A DNA stretch of 64,000 nucleotides from an uncultured Bacteroidales bacterium (GTDB lineage: Bacteria; Bacteroidota; Bacteroidia; Bacteroidales; VadinHA17), in contig CAVTPX010000002.1 of the NCBI GenBank assembly GCA_963736735.1, forward strand, positions 83,837 through 147,836. Direction: 5' to 3'. This document shows positions 20,400-30,778 of the stretch, one piece after another (position 1 is the stretch's first letter; each line of letters opens with the position of its first letter). Below the pieces are notes generated by a model that saw nothing but the letters and a program-made list of their open reading frames with translations, did no database searches and had not been told where the DNA came from. The position numbers were made by a program, and so were the translations under genes.

Positions 20400-22274
20400 T
20401 TATCTTCCAAGATATATAATAAGTATTGAAATATCAGAGGCGGAAACTCCGCTTATTCTTGATGCCTGGCCAATCGTTTCCGGCTTAATTCTTGAGAGCT
20501 TTTGTCTTCCCTCGGTTGAAATTGAAATCAGCTCGCTGTAGTCAATGTCATCCGGAATCTTAAGTTCTTCAAGCCGGCTAACCTTATCTGCAACATTTTT
20601 CTCCCGTTGGAGGTACCCCGAGTACTTAATAAGTATCTCGGTTGCGTCCGTAACTTCCCTTCTCCTGTTTGAATTAAAATATAAAAGTTCTTCGGAGCCT
20701 GGTATCTGCTGTAGAAGCTCTTCAAGCATTACCTGCGGACGGGCGGCTACAGTTATTGCCTTTGCTTTCTGAGATATTCCGCTGGTTCCTTTTGATTCGA
20801 GAAAAGGGTTGATCTTTTCCGGCTCAAGGCTTTTGACCTTAATAAAATGGGCAATCTCATTTACCATTGCCTGCTTTTCCCTTAGCCTTTCAATTCTTTC
20901 ATTTCCGGCCATTCCCAGTTTCCATGCCTTTTCAGTAAGTCTTTCGTCTGCATTATCCTGCCTCAATAGTATCCTGTACTCAGCCCTTGAAGTAAACATC
21001 CGGTATGGTTCATCCACCCCTTTTGTGACAAGATCATCAATAAGAACTCCTATATAACCTTCATCCCGTCCGATTACAAGCGGTTCCTCTCCTCGGTTCC
21101 TGAGTACTGCGTTAGCTCCGGCCATAAGTCCTTGTGCCGCGGCTTCCTCATATCCTGTGGTTCCGTTTATCTGTCCCGCAAAATATAGTCCTTCAATCTT
21201 CTTTGTTTCCAGCGTTTGTTTAAGTTGTGTCGGCTGAAAAAAATCATATTCTATTGCGTAACCCGGTCTGTATATAACAACATTTTCCAGGCCCCGCACT
21301 TTCCTCAATGCGTTAATCTGCACCTCCAACGGAAGACTGCTTGCAAACCCGTTTATATAGTACTCATTCGTTTCCCGTCCCTCAGGCTCAAGGAAGAGCT
21401 GATGATTTTCCTTGTCGGCGAAGGTCACAATCTTGTCTTCAACACTCGGGCAGTATCTCGGGCCTCTTCCTTTTATCCTTCCTGTAAATAACGGTGAAAA
21501 CTTCAATCCCTTTCTCAGCTCCTCATGAACCTCACTGTTTGTATGCGTTATGAAGCAACTCCTCTCATCACTAATTTCTGTCTTGTCGGTAAGGTATGAA
21601 AACGAAAGGCCTTCACCGTCTCCATGCTGCTCTGTCATAAGGCTGAAGTCAATGCTTCTGCCGTCAACTCTTGCGCTGGTTCCTGTTTTCATCCTTTCCA
21701 CTGTAAATCCCATCTCCCTGAGCTGCTCACTTAGTCCAACCGAAGCCTGATCACCAGACCTTCCTCCCTTCATAGTCTGAAATCCTACATGCATCAGACC
21801 ATTCAGGAATGTACCGTTGGTTAAAATAACTGCCCCGGAATAGAAAGTTGTTCCCAGCGATGTCATTACCCCCGCTACCTTTTTGCCTTCCACGACAAGG
21901 CCCGTAGCCTGCTCCTGCCATATGTGAAGATTATCCGTCTGTTCGAGAATAGCTCTCCATTCACGGGTAAACATCATCCTGTCACATTGAGCCCTGGGAC
22001 TCCACATGGCCGGTCCTTTACTCCTGTTCAGCATCCTGAACTGTATCATTGTACGGTCCGTAACTATTCCTGACATCCCGCCCAATGCATCTATTTCTCT
22101 GATTATCTGACCTTTGGCGATGCCTCCCATTGCCGGATTGCACGACATCTGGGCTAATTTGGTCATATCCATTGTAATAAGAAGAGTTCGCGCGCCCATC
22201 GTCGCGGCCATATGTGCTGCCTCGCACCCGGCGTGACCACCTCCTACAACAATAACATCGTATGTGTAATTCAT
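20400..22274 (-). CDS. mnmG: tRNA uridine-5-carboxymethylaminomethyl modification enzyme
   Basis: 'YDVIVVGGGHAGCEAA' FAD motif. Full-length GidA pattern, 624 aa. Confidence 0.97.
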   Translation of the reverse strand: MNYTYDVIVVGGGHAGCEAAHMAATMGARTLLITMDMTKLAQMSCNPAMGGIAKGQIIREIDALGGMSGIVTDRTMIQFRMLNRSKGPAMWSPRAQCDRMMFTREWRAILEQTDNLHIWQEQATGLVVEGKKVAGVMTSLGTTFYSGAVILTNGTFLNGLMHVGFQTMKGGRSGDQASVGLSEQLREMGFTVERMKTGTSARVDGRSIDFSLMTEQHGDGEGLSFSYLTDKTEISDERSCFITHTNSEVHEELRKGLKFSPLFTGRIKGRGPRYCPSVEDKIVTFADKENHQLFLEPEGRETNEYYINGFASSLPLEVQINALRKVRGLENVVIYRPGYAIEYDFFQPTQLKQTLETKKIEGLYFAGQINGTTGYEEAAAQGLMAGANAVLRNRGEEPLVIGRDEGYIGVLIDDLVTKGVDEPYRMFTSRAEYRILLRQDNADERLTEKAWKLGMAGNERIERLREKQAMVNEIAHFIKVKSLEPEKINPFLESKGTSGISQKAKAITVAARPQVMLEELLQQIPGSEELLYFNSNRRREVTDATEILIKYSGYLQREKNVADKVSRLEELKIPDDIDYSELISISTEGRQKLSRIKPETIGQASRISGVSASDISILIIYLGR

Positions 22275-22693
22275 TCCGCTTCAGCTAATGCAAGATACAT
22301 ATCCTCCCGTTCGGTCATAACCGCTTTCTCCTTCTGACTTCCATCCCCGTATCCGCATAAATGCAGAAATCCGTGAAATACAACCCTTGCTGCCTCATTC
22401 CACAGAGTCACCTTGTTTTCCCTTGCATTATGCCTGATCCTGTCTGCACTGATATAAATTTCACCGTTTATAACCTTTCCTTCACAATAGTCAAACGTAA
22501 TTATGTCAGTCATATAATCATGCGAAAGGAATTCTCTGTTTATCTCAAGTAGTTTTTCGTCATTTGTGAATATAACTCCGGCCGATCCGGCCTTTTTGCC
22601 TGAATCCTTTATCATCTTCCGGATAACCCGTTTGATCTTCCCGGTCTCCCTGAGTCTGAATCCTTCAATATCATAATGAAAATTGATTTTCAT
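22271..22693 (-). CDS. ybeY: rRNA maturation RNase YbeY
   Basis: 'HGFLHLCGYGD' Zn-metalloprotease motif. ATGA overlap with mnmG. ATG 22693 preferred. Confidence 0.85.
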   Translation of the reverse strand: MKINFHYDIEGFRLRETGKIKRVIRKMIKDSGKKAGSAGVIFTNDEKLLEINREFLSHDYMTDIITFDYCEGKVINGEIYISADRIRHNARENKVTLWNEAARVVFHGFLHLCGYGDGSQKEKAVMTEREDMYLALAEAE

Positions 22694-22796
22694 CCCTGCA
22701 GAGTTTATTTCAAATACTTTAAATAAAATGCAAATATTGAAAATAAGTCCTTGCATTCAGGCTTATAACCAGGATAAAATATGCGGGAATTTTTTA

Positions 22797-23192
22797 CTAA
22801 TACTTAAACTTCATTCTCACTTCGGTTCCGGACTTGTTATATTCTATCGAATCCGCAAGATGTCTCATGAGAAAAACTCCCCGTCCGTGCAGGTTTTCAA
22901 TGTTCTCCGGCTTTGTAGGGTCAGGCAGTTTATCATATTCGAATCCCTTTCCCTCATCCTGTACAAAGACTTCAAAAATATTCCCATCCGCTGAAATTTC
23001 CACAGTTACATTTTTTGTCACATCTCCCTTGTTGCCGTGCAATATTGCATTATTCACAGCTTCCACCGTTGATACAAGTATCTTGCCGTACACATCATCA
23101 GAAACGCCAAGTCTCTTCGATAAAGTGTCAACCATAGTCTCAATAACCGTCAGGTTTTCAATGTCTGATTTTATGGAAATTTTTTCCGTCAT
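22797..23192 (-). CDS. HATPase-type anti-sigma regulatory factor-like protein (RsbW/SpoIIAB-like)
   Basis: 131 aa with 'EAVNNAILHGN', 'VQDEGKGF' and 'GRGVFLMRHLAD' (N, G1 and G2 boxes). Confidence 0.6.
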   Translation of the reverse strand: MTEKISIKSDIENLTVIETMVDTLSKRLGVSDDVYGKILVSTVEAVNNAILHGNKGDVTKNVTVEISADGNIFEVFVQDEGKGFEYDKLPDPTKPENIENLHGRGVFLMRHLADSIEYNKSGTEVRMKFKY

Positions 23193-23249
23193 AATGGAAA
23201 GATTTGCAATGTCTTATACTGCATTAGATCGCATTTGTTACAATATTAC

Positions 23250-24431
23250 CTATTTTTTCACCAGCCACACCTCAGGATCTAATTTAGTTTTCTCCTCATA
23301 GACCATAAATTTCAGTACAGCCTTATTCCCCTCTTCAGAATCACTGTAAACCTCACCAAGCTCCTGTCCTGTAATAATGTTCTCTCCGGCCTTTACTTTT
23401 ATGTTAACCAGGTTCTGATATACAGTAAGGTATTTACCATGTCTCACAATCACGGCCATATTCGCCCCTGAAATTGCAAAAATTCTCACCACCTGTCCTG
23501 TAAATACACTTTTTGCTTTAATATTACCGCTTGTTGTAATTTCAATTCCGATATTATCCTCTGTCACCCTCTTTAATACCGGATGAGGCTGTAACCCGAA
23601 GTGACTCGTAATAATTCCCCTTTCAACCGGCCATGGTAACCGCCCCCTGTTTTCACCAAAAGAATTGCCCACGAGTTTCATCTCACTGCTCATTGGTGTT
23701 GTAACACTCTTTTTTCGCTCCTCCTCGATAAGCCGGGCAATCTCCCCTTCAATCTGCTTTGCTACCCTCTTCTTTTCATCCAGCTCCTGTTTTAACTGTC
23801 TTTCCTTCCGGCTAAGAGTTGTAACCATATTTTCCTTCTTTACCTGGTCCTCTCTCAAAATCTGCTTTTGCCGCTCTTCCCTTCTTCTCAGGTCGTTAAT
23901 ACTTTTTACATCTGTTTCAAGCCTGTCTCTTGTTGTCTGAAGTTCATAAAATATCTGACTTATAAGCTCAGCTTCATTTCGTCTGAATTTTGTAACCTGT
24001 TGAATATACTTTAGCCGTTTATATCCCTGGTTAAAATCCGCCGATGAAAGAATGAACGCAACCGCTGGATTTCCCTTCTTTGCCTTATAGGCGTTAATAA
24101 CAGACTTCGCGTACTCCTCCTTCATCTTAACGAGGTCTTCCTCCAACATCTCTCCTGCCTGTCTGTTCAGAGAAATCCTGTATTCAAGCAGACTTATTTC
24201 TTCACCGTACTCGTTAATTATCTTCTCCCTCAACGACAATTTTTTACCTATAACCCTCAATTCATTAAGATTCTCCTTCCTTTCTGAGGCAGTATTTTTC
24301 AGCAGACGGTCAACATATTCAATTTCTTCCAGGTTCTTTTTTCTGATACTTTCCAGCTCCGCCCGATTCTGTGCATCCGCAATCTGAAAAAATCCAAAAA
24401 TTAAAATGAATATGCAGATCTTCAGTTTCAT
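23250..24431 (-). CDS. M23 peptidase / EnvC-like murein hydrolase activator
   Basis: Signal peptide, long coiled coil, and a C-terminal LytM-type domain ('GIEITTSGN...VVRHGKYLTVYQNL'). Confidence 0.8.
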   Translation of the reverse strand: MKLKICIFILIFGFFQIADAQNRAELESIRKKNLEEIEYVDRLLKNTASERKENLNELRVIGKKLSLREKIINEYGEEISLLEYRISLNRQAGEMLEEDLVKMKEEYAKSVINAYKAKKGNPAVAFILSSADFNQGYKRLKYIQQVTKFRRNEAELISQIFYELQTTRDRLETDVKSINDLRRREERQKQILREDQVKKENMVTTLSRKERQLKQELDEKKRVAKQIEGEIARLIEEERKKSVTTPMSSEMKLVGNSFGENRGRLPWPVERGIITSHFGLQPHPVLKRVTEDNIGIEITTSGNIKAKSVFTGQVVRIFAISGANMAVIVRHGKYLTVYQNLVNIKVKAGENIITGQELGEVYSDSEEGNKAVLKFMVYEEKTKLDPEVWLVKK

Positions 24432-25198
24432 AAAGATTCCCTTCGGTAAGCCGGAAGTACAATATCGATCTTTTCAGTAAAACCCAAGGTCAGTTCAAGA
24501 ATATCAATTTTCACGTGGAACATTTTTTCCACACTTTCGACATCCACCGTCCCGGGGTACCTTTTGCTTCCGCTGTCTATAAAATTACTAAATTTCATTA
24601 TAAATCTACCCTCTTCGTCTGAAGTCGATATGTTCTCCTCTGAAACTTTCATCGCCTCCCGGCTAATAGCTATTTCATTTGCATATTTATCATCACTGTA
24701 AGAAAGCGAAACGAGGCCACTTTCAGACGTTTTCGCATCCGAGAAAGAAACATTCTCCGGAATGTCGCCAGTAATAATTTCAATAAGGTTTTCGGGTAAT
24801 CCGGCTCTCTTCAAAAGATTGCTCCTGCTACCATAGAGAACGACCCTGTTAATCTTGTTAATCACAAATACCGAATCTCCTGCAGAAATCGCTCTCGCAA
24901 GCTCGATACCCAGGGGACCACGAACAGAAACAAAAAAGTCACCCCTGTCATTAACTTTTGCGTAGAGGCTGAATTTTCCTTCTATTTCCGTGCCCTCCAG
25001 CTCTACGTTTGCCTTCCTGATAATAAACCCCTCTTTGTTAATATTTAAAGCTTTAACAGCATCACCAAATGCATTGATGTCACTTATTCCCGGCAATTTC
25101 CTGTCTATTCCGCTTCCACTTTTCCTGGCAGTTGAACAGGATGAAACGCCTAAAACAATTATAACAAGTAAAACTATTCCGCTGTTGTTCCGCCACAT
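24428..25198 (-). CDS. Lipoprotein, DUF4292-like
   Basis: Lipobox 'LGVSSC'. About 250 aa beta-rich protein. It lies between the TPR and M23 genes as in other Bacteroidota. The family name is from memory. Confidence 0.55.
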   Translation of the reverse strand: MWRNNSGIVLLVIIVLGVSSCSTARKSGSGIDRKLPGISDINAFGDAVKALNINKEGFIIRKANVELEGTEIEGKFSLYAKVNDRGDFFVSVRGPLGIELARAISAGDSVFVINKINRVVLYGSRSNLLKRAGLPENLIEIITGDIPENVSFSDAKTSESGLVSLSYSDDKYANEIAISREAMKVSEENISTSDEEGRFIMKFSNFIDSGSKRYPGTVDVESVEKMFHVKIDILELTLGFTEKIDIVLPAYRRESL

Positions 25199-26898
25199 AA
25201 CTCAATTTCTTTATTCAGATAGTTTTTCGATCTGTCACCGATCAGGGCCTTTTTCCAGTAATCAACGGCTTCTTCACACCTTGAAAGCTTCATGAGTATG
25301 TATCCCATATGCTCAAGTATCTCCGGGTCATTCTCCTTTTCTGTGCTGAAAATCTTCAACATTACCTTATGGGCATCTTTGTACTTTCCGGACTTATACA
25401 GGACCCAGGCATATGTATCCAGATAAGTAGAATTCTCTCCTTCACTGGCGATCGCCTTTTCGCTCATTTTCAGCGCTTTTGGAAGGTCCTGACCATTTTC
25501 CGCAAGAAAATATGCATAATTGTTAAGCAACATTATGTCATTCGGATCAATTGTCAGGGCTTCTTCCAGGTACCTGAATGACTCTGCGAAATCCTTTGTC
25601 CTGTAATTCAGGTCGCCAAGCATTGAAAGAACCTGCAATTTCAGTCCGCTGTCATTTCCGGCAAGAATCAGAGCCTTCTTCAGTTCTGCATCAGCAATAT
25701 CATACTTTTTCAGTTCCATTGCTGCAACAGCGTAATAGACTTTACCCAGAATGCTTCTGTTATTTTCTTTAGCATAAGCCGAGGCAAGTGCATAAAGCTT
25801 TTCGTATTCAAGTTCCTCTGCATAAAGCAGGATAAGTCTTTCTTTAAAAAAATATCCCGGCTTCACAGACTTGAGGATCTCTTCATATCTTGAGATTGCA
25901 AGATCGTTTTTACCCTGTCTTTCATACAGTCCCGGTCTTATTGACAACACCTCTTCATCATCCGGATATGCTGATTCCAGCGCCAGAATATCCTTCTCAA
26001 GCGCCTCGCCCTGAGACTCTGTAAATGCTGAGTCTGCAGCCAGTTCATTTATCAGGGCAACCTTTCTTTCGCGGTCAATTGAATTACTCTTAATAACTGA
26101 TCCTACAAATGCGGCAGCTCCACTGTAATCCTTCTTGTTAAAAAGGTTAACCATCACCAGCAATTGTGATTCAGCGTTTTCCGGATTCTCTTCAATAATC
26201 TGTGCATAAATGCTGTCACTTTTCTCTCCCTTACCGCCTTCCGAATATATGTTTGCAAGTAAAGCCCTGTATCTGAATTCTTCAGGAAATCGCTTAATAA
26301 GAGACAGGGTTCTTTCCTCGGCAGCAGAGTAATTTTTACCTTCAACAAGTCCGGAAATCATAACCAGAAACATCTGTTCATCAAGCGCTCCCGCTTTGTC
26401 AAGAATCACAAACAGCGAATCAGCCCTTGTAACATCGCCCATTTCAGAATAGAGACCTGCCAGGATCGAGTTGACTTCAATAGCTTGCGGGTCAGCTTTA
26501 AGTGCATGTTTAAAATAAACAAGGGCTGAGTCTTTCATTTCGTACTGAACGAAAAGAGAGCCGCATGCGAGTTGGTACCAATAGTTGCTCCTGTCAAGAT
26601 TTGCTGCAGTCGATATATATCTGAGAGCCTTTTCCGACTCTCCCATTGCAGCATAAACCTGGGCCAGTTCGAACCAGGGCACAGCTCTGTTTTTATTTGC
26701 CTCAATACATTTTTCAAACAGCATAATACTCTGACCGGGTTCACCGAAATACTTCAGCCTGATGGCTTCGCTAAGCAGGTAATCATATTTGCTGTCGCCC
26801 CGCTCAGTTGCAACCGGTGCTGATGAAAATTTAACAGTCTCCCGTGAGCAGGCTGCAAGCATTAATACTACAATAACTGATATTAGTCCTTTTCTCAT
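25174..26898 (-). CDS. Tetratricopeptide repeat lipoprotein
   Basis: Lipobox 'LAAC' and many TPR-like A/Y/L-periodic helices across 574 aa. Confidence 0.8.
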   Translation of the reverse strand: MRKGLISVIVVLMLAACSRETVKFSSAPVATERGDSKYDYLLSEAIRLKYFGEPGQSIMLFEKCIEANKNRAVPWFELAQVYAAMGESEKALRYISTAANLDRSNYWYQLACGSLFVQYEMKDSALVYFKHALKADPQAIEVNSILAGLYSEMGDVTRADSLFVILDKAGALDEQMFLVMISGLVEGKNYSAAEERTLSLIKRFPEEFRYRALLANIYSEGGKGEKSDSIYAQIIEENPENAESQLLVMVNLFNKKDYSGAAAFVGSVIKSNSIDRERKVALINELAADSAFTESQGEALEKDILALESAYPDDEEVLSIRPGLYERQGKNDLAISRYEEILKSVKPGYFFKERLILLYAEELEYEKLYALASAYAKENNRSILGKVYYAVAAMELKKYDIADAELKKALILAGNDSGLKLQVLSMLGDLNYRTKDFAESFRYLEEALTIDPNDIMLLNNYAYFLAENGQDLPKALKMSEKAIASEGENSTYLDTYAWVLYKSGKYKDAHKVMLKIFSTEKENDPEILEHMGYILMKLSRCEEAVDYWKKALIGDRSKNYLNKEIELCGGTTAE

Positions 26899-27330
26899 TT
26901 TCTTCCTGAATGTCCGAAACCGCCTGCTCCTCTCCCGGTTTCCCCGAGCTCTTCAACCTCCACAAGCTCTGCCGTCTCATGCCTTGCAATAATCATTTGA
27001 GCAATACGCTCCCCGTCATTAATAACAAATTCCTTATCGGATAAGTTAATCAGTATTATTCCTATCTCCCCCCTGTAATCAGCATCCACAGTCCCGGGAG
27101 AGTTCAAAACAGTTATGCCATGCTTGAGCGCAAGTCCGCTTCTGGGCCTGATCTGCGCTTCGTATCCTGCCGGTACTTCAATGTAGAGTCCCGTTTTTAC
27201 AAGCTTTCTTTCCAGAGGGGCTATTAAAATAGCTTCATCTCGTGCACGCCCTCAGATCCATGCCTGCGGAATGTACTGTTTCATAGGCGGGCAACTGGTG
27301 GCCCGACTTGTTTACTATTCTGATTTTCAC
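26895..27330 (-). pseudogene. dut: dUTP diphosphatase with one frame break near 27240
   Basis: GTG 27330 (GTGA overlap with the flippase stop) gives '[30 protein letters not shown]', then a stop at 27235-27237. Removing one base at about 27240 continues '[59 protein letters not shown]...'. Confidence 0.85.
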
Positions 27331-28799
27331 GCTTTACGAGGTATTAAAGATGAAAAAAACCTGTCCCGCTTCTCTGCAAAAACGAAGAAAGTGCCCAGTA
27401 ATATTGTGTCAACAAGTATATTTATCCAGGTACTATCCGTTTGCATAATCCTTGAAACAATAACTATCAAAATTGCTGCCGCAATATATGTCAGTAGTTT
27501 GTTAACCTCATATTTTATCGGATAAAACCGCAATCCCACAAAATAGGAGACCAGCACCATTGTGAGATAACAGGCTACATGACCCCATGCTGCAGCAATG
27601 TAACCATACATCGGAACGAAAATCAGGTTGACCCCTACAGTCACTGCAGCGCCGATGATTGTGATCCAGGCTCCGTAGATAGTTTTGTCATCAACCTTAT
27701 ACCAGATGCTCTGGTTGATAAATATCCCCAGAAGGAGGTAGGCCATGCTTATAATTGGCACAACAATAAGCGATTCCCTGAAAACAGGACCGATTATTAC
27801 CTGCAGTGCTTCGATATACAGATTGATAACGAGGAAAAGTATCAGACCGGTAATCACAAAATACTTCATTGTCACTGCATATGTTTCCTTTGCATCATGT
27901 TTTCCGGCCTTTTCAAAGAAGAATGGTTCCGCTGCAAAACGGTACATCTGAATAAAAAGCGACATCAGCACTCCAACCTTGAATCCGGCTCCGTACAGGC
28001 CCACTGTTAATAATCCCTCATCTCCTCCCATCAGTCTCCTCATAAGAATTTTATCCAGCACCTCGTTGAGTGACCCGGCCATTCCGCCTATCAGCAGCGG
28101 CCAGCTGTATGAGAGCATTTTTGAAAAAAGCTTCCTGTCGAATACCGGTTTTATCTTCACAATCCAGGGCAGCAGACATAAGAGAGTAACCACCGATCCG
28201 GCCAGGTTTGCTACAAAAACGTATCCCACCCTGAATTCCGGATTGTATATTTTTAGTATCCAGTCTCCGCCTCTTTCGAGAATTCGTGGCGCCATCCACA
28301 AAAAGAAGAAGACCGTTGTAACTGTTACAAACACATTTATTATTTTCAGTACGCTGAAGACAATAGGCCTGTTATGTCCTCTGAGGTATGCAAAGGGAAT
28401 TGCAGAAAATGCGTCAATTGCCACTATCCACGCAAACATCTGTATGTAATCAGGGTGATCTCCGTACCCTAAAAACCCGGATACCGGACTTATGAACAGA
28501 GAAATTGAAATGATGAACAGGGCAGATGTAAAAAACAGACTGAACAGTGCGGTACTGTAAACTGTATCAGCAGGCGCCTTCTTGCCGGCGAACCTGAAAT
28601 ATGTAGTCTCCATACCGTATGTAAGGATGACCAGGGCAAGAACCATCCAGGCATAAAGCTCTGTAACCACTCCGTATTCTTCCAGCCCAAAAATGTAGGT
28701 ATAAAATGGCGTCAGCAGGGAATAGTTAAGGAATCTGGGAACAACAGTCCCAAATCCGTAAATAACAGTTTGTCCGGCAAGTTTGCGGATTTCGTTCAT
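27327..28799 (-). CDS. Oligosaccharide/polysaccharide flippase (MOP/Wzx-MurJ superfamily)
   Basis: 490 aa with about 14 TM helices and a typical MOP N-terminus, 'AGQTVIYGFGTVVPRFLNYSLLTPFYT'. Confidence 0.75.
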   Translation of the reverse strand: MNEIRKLAGQTVIYGFGTVVPRFLNYSLLTPFYTYIFGLEEYGVVTELYAWMVLALVILTYGMETTYFRFAGKKAPADTVYSTALFSLFFTSALFIISISLFISPVSGFLGYGDHPDYIQMFAWIVAIDAFSAIPFAYLRGHNRPIVFSVLKIINVFVTVTTVFFFLWMAPRILERGGDWILKIYNPEFRVGYVFVANLAGSVVTLLCLLPWIVKIKPVFDRKLFSKMLSYSWPLLIGGMAGSLNEVLDKILMRRLMGGDEGLLTVGLYGAGFKVGVLMSLFIQMYRFAAEPFFFEKAGKHDAKETYAVTMKYFVITGLILFLVINLYIEALQVIIGPVFRESLIVVPIISMAYLLLGIFINQSIWYKVDDKTIYGAWITIIGAAVTVGVNLIFVPMYGYIAAAWGHVACYLTMVLVSYFVGLRFYPIKYEVNKLLTYIAAAILIVIVSRIMQTDSTWINILVDTILLGTFFVFAEKRDRFFSSLIPRKA

Positions 28800-28823
28800 G
28801 CTAAACTCTTAACTGCAAATATA

Positions 28824-28831
28824 TATCTTTG
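28824..28831 (+). promoter_or_regulatory. Bacteroidota -7 box TATCTTTG (TAnnTTTG) 22 nt upstream of the cyclophilin ATG
   Basis: Exact match to the consensus, in the 53-nt divergent intergenic region. Confidence 0.45.
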
Positions 28832-28852
28832 TAGATCGTAAAATTAAAGAAA

Positions 28853-29650
28853 ATGAACACGTCACTCAGGCTTGCCCTGCTATTTACAGCTGCAATTCTC
28901 ATTTCAGGATGCGGCCCGAAAACAAGTGCCCCGGTCAGGGCAGAAATCAAAACCACTGAAGGAGATATAATCGTTTTGCTTTCAGACCTCACTCCTGTAC
29001 ACCGCGATAATTTTGTAAAACTTGCTGAATCAGGCTTTTATGAAGGCATATCATTCCACAGGATTATTAAAGACTTCATGATTCAGGCGGGCGACGGCAG
29101 TACAAAAAATCCACAATCGACAATGGCTGATTATGCTGTTCCTGCAGAGATAAACGACACACTTTTCCATAAACGCGGGGCTCTTGCAGCGGCCCGTGAG
29201 GGTGATGATGTAAACCCTGCCAGAAACTCCTCCGGTACCCAGTTTTATATTGTACAGGGCAAAAAATACGACGATGATGAACTGGCAAAAATCGAACAGA
29301 AGATAGATTATAACAAAAGACAGGCGCAGTACCAGCAGGCTTTGACAGAGCTGAGAGCGGCAGCGGTAAATGATTCAGTGCCCGTGAGTGAGGACGAGAT
29401 CCAGCAGAACGCCATAATAAAAGTATATGAGCAATCAGGGGTTTCCGGCCCGTATACAATGCCTGAATACCGGAAGGCAATTTATCGTACCGAAGGCGGG
29501 GCGCCCTTCCTTGACGGTGCCTATACTGTGTTCGGAGAAGTCATTTCCGGCCTTGAAATTGTTGATGCAATCGGCAACACCCCGACCGACTTAAATGATA
29601 AGCCGGTGAAAGACATCAGGATTCTCAAAATAAAAATCATAAGAAAATAA
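28853..29650 (+). CDS. Cyclophilin-type peptidyl-prolyl isomerase lipoprotein
   Basis: Lipobox 'LISGC', 'FHRIIKDFMIQAGD' and 'GTQFYIV'. Confidence 0.9.
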   Translation: MNTSLRLALLFTAAILISGCGPKTSAPVRAEIKTTEGDIIVLLSDLTPVHRDNFVKLAESGFYEGISFHRIIKDFMIQAGDGSTKNPQSTMADYAVPAEINDTLFHKRGALAAAREGDDVNPARNSSGTQFYIVQGKKYDDDELAKIEQKIDYNKRQAQYQQALTELRAAAVNDSVPVSEDEIQQNAIIKVYEQSGVSGPYTMPEYRKAIYRTEGGAPFLDGAYTVFGEVISGLEIVDAIGNTPTDLNDKPVKDIRILKIKIIRK

Positions 29651-29662
29651 TTCTCTTCCGGC

Positions 29663-30706
29663 ATGAAGGAAAAAATAGCCCTGTTAAAAAAAGAGGTTGA
29701 AGAGTATCAGGTCAGTGACAATGACCAGCTCGAACAGTACAGGCTGAAATTTCTCAGTAAAAAAGGCCTTATACCGTTATTATTTGAGGGCTTCAGGGAA
29801 GTCCCCCCGGAACAGAAGAAAGAGACGGGTCTGTTGCTGAACGAGCTGAAACAGCTTGCCTCTGACAGATTTACTGAATTAAAAGAATTATTGACCGCTG
29901 TTGAAACAGGATCTGTGGAGACAGATCTTACACGGCCTGCAATACCGTTTCCAGCCGGCTCCAGGCATCCTATCTCTATTGTGAGGCGGGAGATTATCGA
30001 CATTTTTTCCAGGATCGGGTTTACTGTTTCGGAGGGGCCGGAAATAGAAGATGACGATCACGTATTTTCAAAACTGAATTTTGCCCCGGATCATCCGGCA
30101 CGCGACATGCAGGACACCTTTTATATAAGCAGGGTAACCGGGGATGAATCCGATCCACATGATGTGCTGCTGAGAACGCACACCTCCTCTGTACAGGTAA
30201 GGGTTATGGAAACACAGAACCCTCCCATAAGAACAATTTCACCGGGCCGTGTTTTCCGCAATGAGGCCATCTCTGCAAGGGCTCACTGCATTTTTCACCA
30301 GGTAGAGGGTCTCTACATAGCTGAAAACGTCTCGTTTGCAGATCTCAGGCAGACATTGCTCTATTTTGCCCGGGAATTTTTTGGCAAGGACGCCAGCATC
30401 AGGCTCAGGCCCTCGTTCTTCCCCTTTACCGAGCCGTCGGCAGAGATGGACGTGAGCTGTAACCTGTGTGGAGGAAAAGGATGTAATGTTTGCAAGGGCA
30501 CGGGCTGGCTTGAGGTATTGGGTTGTGGAATGGTCGATCCGAATGTGCTTGAGGCCTGTGGCATTGACCCTGTAAAGTATTCAGGTTTCGCCTTCGGAAT
30601 GGGAATCGAGCGTGCGGCGATGCTTAAATACAGAATCAACGACCTGAGGCTCTATTTTGAAAACGATATCCGGTTCCTCAGTCAGTTCGGAACAGAAATC
30701 ATCTGA
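29663..30706 (+). CDS. pheS: Phenylalanine--tRNA ligase alpha subunit
   Basis: Class II motifs: 'HPARDMQDTFY', 'LLRTHTSSVQ', 'FRNEAISARAH' and 'GFAFGMGIERAAML'. Confidence 0.97.
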   Translation: MKEKIALLKKEVEEYQVSDNDQLEQYRLKFLSKKGLIPLLFEGFREVPPEQKKETGLLLNELKQLASDRFTELKELLTAVETGSVETDLTRPAIPFPAGSRHPISIVRREIIDIFSRIGFTVSEGPEIEDDDHVFSKLNFAPDHPARDMQDTFYISRVTGDESDPHDVLLRTHTSSVQVRVMETQNPPIRTISPGRVFRNEAISARAHCIFHQVEGLYIAENVSFADLRQTLLYFAREFFGKDASIRLRPSFFPFTEPSAEMDVSCNLCGGKGCNVCKGTGWLEVLGCGMVDPNVLEACGIDPVKYSGFAFGMGIERAAMLKYRINDLRLYFENDIRFLSQFGTEII

Positions 30707-30778
30707 ACTTAAAAATATGATACGGCTGCCAATATATCCAACTCTATTTGCAATCTTTGTGAACTTAAAAAAATCCCA

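Noticed and set aside
26667-26675. GTTCGAACC, resembling a tRNA T-arm
   Set aside because: It lies inside the TPR coding frame, and no acceptor, D or anticodon stems can be drawn around it. No tRNA was found in any intergenic spacer.
30704-30775. Direct repeat TGAACTTAAAAA (x2) between pheS and the Crp/Fnr gene
   Set aside because: A 12-nt A-rich repeat in an AT-rich spacer is within chance expectation and has no associated structure.
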